22,583 bases of DNA from a virus, in the UHGV virus genome UHGV-1292143; one strand, given 5' to 3'. Position 1 is the stretch's first letter; each line of letters starts with the position of its first letter. The position numbers were made by a program, and so were the translations under genes. Of the stretch, positions 17,005 through 22,583 are shown in pieces. The notes under the pieces are model-generated. The model searched no databases. It was not told where the DNA came from and saw only the letters and a program-made list of their open reading frames with translations.

Positions 17005-18212
17005 GCCGCCTCACCCCTAACAAACTCAATTCGATCAAACACAGCCTTAGTGAAACGCTCGGCCTCGGTTCGTGCCTTCTTCAGCGCCTCTGCACTGCCT
17101 GGATACGATTGCGGGTTGGCACTGATTACGGTGTCGAAAGACTCGCCGCATCGCTCAAATCCATCCAGACGAGGCAGAGAAGAGTCCAGAATGTTGCTGG
17201 CGTAAACCTCACGCGCAAGGCTGTGTGATGTCTCGTGATCGCGCTTGCCGGTCATCTTCGACATAAAACCAATGCTGGCGCTTAAACGCGGTTCTACGCC
17301 TTCCTCCTCCAGTTGCTCCAGCATTTCTGGCAGACGGGTGAGATATTTCAGTGTTGAGTGGAAGTCAACCTGGGCTGGTGGGGTAGGGGTAAGCAGCAAA
17401 TCGCTGGCCGCCAGACCGTTGAGCAGGAACGGATCCAGGTGTGGACCGGTATCAATAAAGATAAAGTCATAATCATCCGCAACACGATCAATGATATTGC
17501 GTCGAAGGATTTCGTACTGATTTTGTCCGGGAAGATGCTCTTCAACCAGCTCTTTCCATTGGCTGGCAACAAAGCCATCGTCGATAGAGGCTGGAATCAC
17601 GTCTACGCCAGGAACGATGGTCGGACGAATCACCTCTTTGCGTAGCGTCTCCGCGTCCAAGTCGTTCAGCATCGCCTGCGCGGCGGTTTCCAGGATGGAA
17701 CCAATACTGTGAGTATGGTCGAGGAACATTGTGCTGGATGCCTGAGGGTCAAGGTCAATTACCAGAATGCGCAGATCGTGACGCAGTAAATCCTGATGCA
17801 CACGCAGAGCGTGCGCCAACGTGACTGTGGAAACCGTTTTGGATACGCCACCCTTCAGGTTTACGACAAAAATAACGTAAGGCGATTTGTGAATGTCGCG
17901 ATATTTTGGGATCTTACGGTGGGCATAGATATCAATGACGTTCTGGATGGTCAGCGCGTACTGTTCAACGTTACCGACCTGTTTCTTGTTGAACTGGTAC
18001 CCATCATCTTCCATCTCTTTGATGGCCTGCTCCACAATGCGGCGGCTCAGCTTCGGCAACTTTGCCACAGCGTTACGAGTGAACGTCTGATAATACTCGG
18101 TCTGATTGAACTCTTTGCGCTGATCTTCAATATCCTGACTCATGGCCTTAAGTAATGCGCTTGCACGAAGAGCTATGGTGCCGACACCGCCGTAATCGCG
18201 TTTCATCATCAT
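17001..18212 (-). CDS. parA: ParA partition ATPase, type Ia with N-terminal DNA-binding extension (about 400 aa)
   Basis: Deviant Walker A NLKGGVSKTVST, plus ...RILVIDLDPQ..., ...GFMSK..., LPRLDGFERCGESFDTVISANP; three consecutive ATGs at 18204-18212 behind an AAGGAG Shine-Dalgarno. Confidence 0.9.
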   Translation of the reverse strand: MMMKRDYGGVGTIALRASALLKAMSQDIEDQRKEFNQTEYYQTFTRNAVAKLPKLSRRIVEQAIKEMEDDGYQFNKKQVGNVEQYALTIQNVIDIYAHRKIPKYRDIHKSPYVIFVVNLKGGVSKTVSTVTLAHALRVHQDLLRHDLRILVIDLDPQASSTMFLDHTHSIGSILETAAQAMLNDLDAETLRKEVIRPTIVPGVDVIPASIDDGFVASQWKELVEEHLPGQNQYEILRRNIIDRVADDYDFIFIDTGPHLDPFLLNGLAASDLLLTPTPPAQVDFHSTLKYLTRLPEMLEQLEEEGVEPRLSASIGFMSKMTGKRDHETSHSLAREVYASNILDSSLPRLDGFERCGESFDTVISANPQSYPGSAEALKKARTEAERFTKAVFDRIEFVRGEAA

Positions 18213-18256
18213 CTCCTTATCATTTCGTATGAGTGAATTGTACGTTTGATTCTGCT

Positions 18257-18297
18257 ACGTGCAACTTATTTTGATTCGTGCGTAAATTATTGCACGT
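18257..18297 (-). promoter_or_regulatory. candidate par operator/promoter region (inverted repeat ACGTGCAA ... TTGCACGT)
   Basis: Inverted repeat directly upstream of parA; ParA-type autorepressor operators are imperfect inverted repeats at this position. Confidence 0.4.
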
Positions 18298-18299
18298 AA

Positions 18300-18600
18300 A
18301 GAAATGGCGATGAGGCTATTAGATGTGTGCTGGAGGGATGATGCAGGACCAGAATGTGCGATAGAGGGAAGTCGCATTGAATTATGTGTTGTGGAGGGAT
18401 CGCTGGTATCAAATATGTGCGCTGAAGGGAAAGATAGAAGATTAGATGTGCGCTGGAGGGAAACTTGGATGGTTAGATGTGTGCTGGAGGGAATGTCTGG
18501 GCAAACTGCGTGGCGCAACCCTCCAGCGCACACCAAAAACAGGAAAATGGGCAGGCATTCCCGGCAGCGCACATTTTTCAAATGCAGCTGCCCTCCAGCA
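18300..18600. repeat. incA-like array of ~19-bp RepA iterons (about 9 copies, both orientations)
   Basis: Repeated GATGTGTGCTGGAGGGAAA-like units with the last copies inverted; located downstream of repA. Confidence 0.8.
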
Positions 18601-18605
18601 CACAC

Positions 18606-19466
18606 TTATTCGGGAAGTTTCAGCTTTGGATTGCGAGAATGGACGATTACAAAACTTTCCCGGCCTTTCTTCTCAATTGAACAGTCGAGATAGCCGATTG
18701 TTTTAAGCTGTTCTATCGCTTTCTTAATGATACGGTTTTGCTCGCCAACAGCTGACTGCAAAGCCAGGCGCTCACGGATTCGCGCGAACGATAGCGGCAA
18801 CGGGTTCTGCGGAAGGCTTTCGATGAAAGTGTAAATGGCTTGTGCAGCTTCTTTCTTCGGAAGGGCACGCAAGGCGTGGTGTTGCAACAGAACGCGATAA
18901 TCAAGCTGGAACAGCTCCCAGAGCTTCGAATCGGCCTCCAGCTCTATCAGATCAAGGTCAGCATCAAAACGCCCGACCTTCAGCAGACCAGTCTGATAGC
19001 CGCCTTTAGCATCTTTTCCGCGCTTAAAAGCGATACCCTTGTTACGCAAGCGTCCAAGTGATTCATGAATGGTTAAACGCAGTTTCGCATCCAGACGTTT
19101 TGAGGGGAAACCACAGGCTTTAGCGAACTCCTGAAACGATAACTGGATGGTGTTTGAAGACAAGCCGTATTTGCTGAACGCGTAGATGACACCGATCCAC
19201 GTTTTGAAATCAGTATCCATATCGAGTCGAGGACCGGTGATTTTAATATCATCGTAACCCTCGGCTTTAGCTATCTCCAGCTGGGAAAACGCTTTGGTGG
19301 CATCAATCTCTTTACTTTCTCCTTTGCTCTTTGATGGCTTCGGAACGAATACCCCCAAGCGCATCAACGCTACAGGCTGCACAGTGTTGTTTGAATTAAC
19401 TGTTAGTTCTTTTGCCTTACTTTCAATGTCTGCGTAAAGAATATCGGAGATAAATGATTGATTCAT
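18606..19466 (-). CDS. repA: RepA plasmid-prophage replication initiator (286 aa)
   Basis: Flanked by iteron arrays on both sides; protein matches my recollection of P1 RepA very closely (not verified). Confidence 0.9.
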   Translation of the reverse strand: MNQSFISDILYADIESKAKELTVNSNNTVQPVALMRLGVFVPKPSKSKGESKEIDATKAFSQLEIAKAEGYDDIKITGPRLDMDTDFKTWIGVIYAFSKYGLSSNTIQLSFQEFAKACGFPSKRLDAKLRLTIHESLGRLRNKGIAFKRGKDAKGGYQTGLLKVGRFDADLDLIELEADSKLWELFQLDYRVLLQHHALRALPKKEAAQAIYTFIESLPQNPLPLSFARIRERLALQSAVGEQNRIIKKAIEQLKTIGYLDCSIEKKGRESFVIVHSRNPKLKLPE

Positions 19467-19756
19467 ATTACTTTTTCCGAATTATGTGGATAGTTTTTAT
19501 AAGTGGTGATAACTACCCAGGCTTTCCCGTCAGCACACATCCTATATCCCGCCAGCACACATTAGCAACCCGTCAGCACACATTTTTATCCCTCCAGCAC
19601 ACATCGTTTTCCCTCCAGCACACATCGCGATACACTTCTAAGCCAGACGTGGCGCGGCCTGCAACGATCAGGGATCTATATGGATCTAATTGGGATCTGT
19701 ATGGACCTAATTATTGGATCTACCCAGTGGATAATGTGGATAATGTGGATAAGTGA
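19467..19756. other. oriR-like plasmid origin: five incC iterons, GATC-containing heptamer repeats, tandem DnaA boxes
   Basis: Iterons at 19524-19628 (CCAGCACACAT cores); five GATC motifs at 19667-19725; TGTGGATAA-type DnaA boxes at 19728-19755 and near 19474-19490. Confidence 0.8.
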
Positions 19757-19780
19757 AAAACCGGCCAACATAGCCGGTTG
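19755..19780 (-). terminator. rho-independent terminator after the 19793-20185 gene
   Basis: Minus strand AACCGGC-TATGTTG-GCCGGTT followed by TTTTT. Confidence 0.5.
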
Positions 19781-19792
19781 GAAGGAAGGGTA

Positions 19793-20185
19793 TTATTCTA
19801 CGCTTTCGATAAGAAGACCATGTTCATAACATTTAAGCTCATCGCCTTCGTACAGGAATTGGTATCCAATACCACCATTTTCATGGACATTAGGGAATAA
19901 CTCATAACTCACTGAAGAGCAAATCACACCAATGCAGCGATCAACGCCTTCTCGTTCTTCAGTGCTGAAAAAATCCTCTTCGGTAAGGACATGAGTACAT
20001 TGCTCATCAGCATAGGTCGGAAATACATGCTCGATGCAATCCGGGTGTTTTAAACCAAGCTGATCGGCAAGCTCGAAAGCATGACGGTATTGTTCAGATC
20101 CTGGCTTGCCAACAGTGATGTGCTCAATTTTGTAGATTGAAGTTGCTTTGTTGATAGTTTGCTTTACTGTTACTTTATCAGACAT
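19793..20185 (-). CDS. hypothetical protein (130 aa)
   Basis: ORF ending next to oriR; no recognisable motif. Confidence 0.6.
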   Translation of the reverse strand: MSDKVTVKQTINKATSIYKIEHITVGKPGSEQYRHAFELADQLGLKHPDCIEHVFPTYADEQCTHVLTEEDFFSTEEREGVDRCIGVICSSVSYELFPNVHENGGIGYQFLYEGDELKCYEHGLLIESVE

Positions 20186-20196
20186 AAAAATCCCTT

Positions 20197-20448
20197 TTAG
20201 TTACCTCTGATAGCGCGGTTGTAATCATTAACGTTGCGATTCTTCCTGTTAATCCCCATCAGCATCGTTTCTGTATCGAGGATATACGCTGGCAGATCAT
20301 CAAAATATTCACTGCTAAACTCTGGCATCCTGCACATAAATGCACTTTTGGGGGCAGGGTGGTTAACCTTTGTCGGCGTCGGCGTTAAATTCGCTGATCG
20401 ACTGCCGGAGCAACCGCTGAGTGTCAGCAGGAATGCGCTGGCGAACAT
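20197..20448 (-). CDS. o-spanin (Rz1-like outer-membrane lipoprotein), overlapping the i-spanin gene in another frame
   Basis: Signal peptide with lipobox LTLSG|C (MFASAFLLTLSGC), Pro-rich mature part (TPTPTKVNHPAPK); start taken at ATG 20446-20448; overlaps the 3' 86 bp of the i-spanin gene. Confidence 0.6.
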   Translation of the reverse strand: MFASAFLLTLSGCSGSRSANLTPTPTKVNHPAPKSAFMCRMPEFSSEYFDDLPAYILDTETMLMGINRKNRNVNDYNRAIRGN

Positions 20449-20785
20449 TACCCGCCGCAACCAGTTGTTTCTGAACTTCAGCTTTTCGTTCCATTTGCCT
20501 GTCAGCATATTTGGCTTGTTCTGATTCATTTTTCACTTCCTGGCTGTGAAAATGTTGCTCTGCTTTGTTCATCGTCTCAATGGTCTGGTTAAGATCCATT
20601 ATTGACTTATCACGTTCCTTAACAGCCTGATCAAGACTGCCAATTTTCTCCATGGCTTGCTTTAGCTGATGACGTTCCCATGCAAACCCAGCACCAACAA
20701 GTGCGCAAATCAGAACAAGAACACCAGTAGCAGCAAGTTTCTCCTTCAAAGACAAAGCTGTTTTTAACGTAGAAAAGAATGACAT
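20363..20785 (-). CDS. i-spanin (Rz-like): N-terminal transmembrane anchor plus periplasmic coiled coil (140 aa)
   Basis: MSFFSTLKTALSLKEKLAATGVLVLICALVGAGFAW, then coiled-coil region; ATG at 20783-20785 with a strong AGGAGG Shine-Dalgarno (the track start at 20812 is an upstream TTG). Confidence 0.7.
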   Translation of the reverse strand: MSFFSTLKTALSLKEKLAATGVLVLICALVGAGFAWERHQLKQAMEKIGSLDQAVKERDKSIMDLNQTIETMNKAEQHFHSQEVKNESEQAKYADRQMERKAEVQKQLVAAGNVRQRIPADTQRLLRQSISEFNADADKG

Positions 20786-20824
20786 GTCTTCCTCCTGAAG
20801 AAAAATTATCAATGAAGTCCTTTG

Positions 20825-21613
20825 TTACTGTGCCGCTTTGTTTAATTCATCAAGAACAGAATCAGGAACCAAAGCGGCAACTGCGCTGGCTGTGCTGACC
20901 TTATTTGCTGATGCTTCCGCAAGCGCGGTACCGATAGCATGGTTATAAGCAGTTATGGCTACGTTGGCGCTTTCATTCGCTCGTTCATACTGCTGTTGTA
21001 ACGCAGTTGTGGGCGCTGTTGTCTGGTTGAAAACAACCCCAAACTGTTCAGTTGCTACTTTCAGAGATTCAATTTGCTCTTCTGTTAGTGCTGGTGGGGG
21101 AGTGGCAGTGCCGCCGCCTGAACCAGAGCCTGACGAGCTTCCTGAGCCAGTGTTAAGGGTCTGGTTAATCTCCCCCATAGCAGCGACTAAACTTGATGTA
21201 TTAAGCGCGTTAACAGCGTCCTCAAGCGATTTAGTAATATTCACATCACCAATGGCAATAGAGATCGGCAGTTCTGAAACTTCTCGCTCATTAGCACGGC
21301 AGTAAACATCCCAACCAATATCGAGTTGAAGCAGCATTGACAGATCTGCATAACCAGCCAACAGGTCCGCGTGCTTAGTTGCCAGTTCTCCAATGTTCGT
21401 TAAGCCGGTTGTGGTTGTTCTGATCGTTGAAACATAGCTGGTAATAGTGTCGGGATAGACAATTGTATCCAGAATTAATCCGGTCAATTCTTCTGCAAGC
21501 AGTTTTGCTGTGTTAGCACTGTTTCGTGCCGATGTTATGGCACCAGGTGTTTTCATCCCACCGGCGGCGGCCAATTTTTTATATGCGGATAACTGGTAGT
21601 CTTTTTCCAGCAT
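20825..21613 (-). CDS. hypothetical protein with central Gly/Ser-rich linker (262 aa)
   Basis: ATG at 21611-21613 with AGGAGA Shine-Dalgarno, 9 nt after the PAAR-like gene stop; linker NTGSGSSSGSGSGGGTATPPP between two predicted helical domains. Confidence 0.65.
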   Translation of the reverse strand: MLEKDYQLSAYKKLAAAGGMKTPGAITSARNSANTAKLLAEELTGLILDTIVYPDTITSYVSTIRTTTTGLTNIGELATKHADLLAGYADLSMLLQLDIGWDVYCRANEREVSELPISIAIGDVNITKSLEDAVNALNTSSLVAAMGEINQTLNTGSGSSSGSGSGGGTATPPPALTEEQIESLKVATEQFGVVFNQTTAPTTALQQQYERANESANVAITAYNHAIGTALAEASANKVSTASAVAALVPDSVLDELNKAAQ

Positions 21614-21621
21614 GATATCTC

Positions 21622-21906
21622 CTAACTTACCTGAACCAGGCCGTCTCCGGACGCTACGGTAGATCCGCATGAAACAGGGTCACCAACGCATACGATCCCT
21701 TTACCATTGACGGTAAACCATGCCCTGGTTGATATAGCTTGCCCACCGTGCGTACTGTTTCCATCGGTATGCTGTGCATATTGCTTACCATCAACTAACA
21801 CTTCGACTCCGTTGACTTTAAGTAGTGGTTCACTCTCTACAGGAGGCCTGGATGGGAATCCTCCGTGCCCCGAACAAATGCTGTCTTTTGTTGCAATACT
21901 TGCCAC
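21622..21906 (-). CDS. PAAR-like spike-tip protein (94 aa)
   Basis: Three repeats of the PAAR-type motif (ATKDSICSGHGG; AQHTDGNSTHGG; VCVGDPVSCGSTVASGDG); GTG start. Confidence 0.55.
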   Translation of the reverse strand: MASIATKDSICSGHGGFPSRPPVESEPLLKVNGVEVLVDGKQYAQHTDGNSTHGGQAISTRAWFTVNGKGIVCVGDPVSCGSTVASGDGLVQVS

Positions 21907-21986
21907 GTCATCACCAATTATTTGCTCTGGTTTTCGTTATTTTAACTTAGGTTACTTGTGGTCTAAATGGCGTCAACTATTGCATA

Positions 21987-22003
21987 ATTGCTCTAATAAA
22001 TAT
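21987..22003 (+). promoter_or_regulatory. third C1-repressor-type operator/promoter; its downstream gene is interrupted
   Basis: ATTGCTCTAATAAATAT with TATGTC 17 bp after the TTGCTC; same architecture as the operators at 5164 and 6825. Confidence 0.5.
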
Positions 22004-22074
22004 TGTTTTTTATGTCTTGTTTTCGGTACCATTCAGCCATCGCCCTTCAATGGGTATTTGTTTGGAGTCGTCAG

Positions 22075-22147
22075 ATGCAGATGGAGCTAATAAGCCGCAA
22101 AGAGTTCGATAGCCGTGTAACCAGCGGTGAACTCGACAACTTGCAGG
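22075..22147 (+). pseudogene. 5' fragment (about 24 codons) of an operator-controlled gene truncated by IS911-like insertion
   Basis: ATG at 22075 with GGAG upstream; reading frame MQMELISRKEFDSRVTSGELDNLQ runs into the IS end at 22148. Confidence 0.35.
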
Positions 22148-22478
22148 TGAAGTGGTTTACTGAATTTGGCCTCCTGAACAGAGGTGATATGCTCACCTCA
22201 GAACAACACAGGTGCTCCAATGAAAAAAAGAAATTTTAGCGCAGAGTTTAAACGCGAATCCGCTCAACTGGTTGTTGACCAGAAATACACGGTGGCAGAT
22301 GCCGCCAAAGCTATGGATGTTGGCCTTTCCACAATGACAAGATGGGTCAAACAACTGCGTGATGAGCGTCAGGGCAAAACACCAAAAGCCTCTCCGATAA
22401 CACCAGAACAAATCGAAATACGTAAGCTGAGGAAAAAGCTACAACGCATTGAAATGGAGAATGAAATATTAAAAAAGG
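22148..22478 (+). mobile_element. IS911-like (IS3 family) element, left 331 bp only; truncated by IS1
   Basis: Begins TGAAGTGG...; encodes an OrfA almost identical to IS911 OrfA as I recall it; sequence switches to the IS1 terminus at 22479. Confidence 0.75.
22220..22478 (+). CDS. IS3-family (IS911-like) OrfA helix-turn-helix protein, 3'-truncated
   Basis: [86 protein letters not shown], then interrupted. Confidence 0.75.
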
Positions 22479-22583
22479 GGTGATGCTGCCAACTTACTGA
22501 TTTAGTGTATGATGGTGTTTTTGAGGTGCTCCAGTGGCTTCTGTTTCTATCAGCTGTCCCTCCTGTTCAGCTACTGACGGGGT
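22479..22583 (+). mobile_element. IS1 (canonical sequence), left end only; element continues beyond the window
   Basis: GGTGATGCTGCCAACTTACTGATTTAGTGTATGATGGTG... matches the IS1 left terminus exactly as I recall it; insA GTG start at 22534. Confidence 0.9.

Noticed and set aside
10834-18155. Numerous plus-strand ORFs (60-243 aa) overlapping the late-operon and par genes
   Set aside because: All are antisense to long, well-supported minus-strand genes, lack ribosome-binding sites and have atypical composition.
18255-18706. Four overlapping plus- and minus-strand ORFs (116, 129, 86, 67 aa) rich in Cys/Ala/Gly
   Set aside because: They are translations of the incA iteron array (repeated GATGTGTGCTGGAGGG units), hence repetitive low-complexity peptides; no ribosome-binding sites.
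18300-19628. Regularly spaced short direct repeats that could be taken for a CRISPR array
   Set aside because: Repeats are ~19 bp, occur in both orientations with irregular spacing, flank repA, and are accompanied by DnaA boxes and GATC repeats; these are replication iterons.

Overview
This window reads as a segment of a P1-type (punavirus-like) phage-plasmid, bounded at both edges by IS1 copies. Left to right: a partial, divergent IS1 (1-257); three minus-strand phage morphogenesis genes (384-2105); a visibly AT-rich three-gene island (about 2150-5160) encoding a membrane-anchored DUF559/Vsr-like nuclease-domain protein, a secreted ER/K-rich coiled-coil protein and a SlyB-like lipoprotein; an immunity-I-like region (C1-type operator, c4 antisense RNA, icd, ant); kilA-repL behind a second C1-type operator, with repL apparently frameshifted; a hok/mok type I toxin locus with IS186 inserted 22 bp past the hok stop; a minus-strand late operon (major head precursor, sheath-like, acidic and tube-like proteins); parS-parB-parA, incA iterons, repA and oriR; then a hypothetical gene, an overlapping spanin pair, a Gly/Ser-linker protein and a PAAR-like protein; a third C1-type operator whose downstream gene is cut by an IS911-like element, itself cut by a canonical IS1 (22479-end). 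The strongest candidate for an undescribed system is the AT-rich envelope-directed island. All family assignments come from reading the translations and from memory of protein families; no database search or computation was run, and GC statements are by eye.
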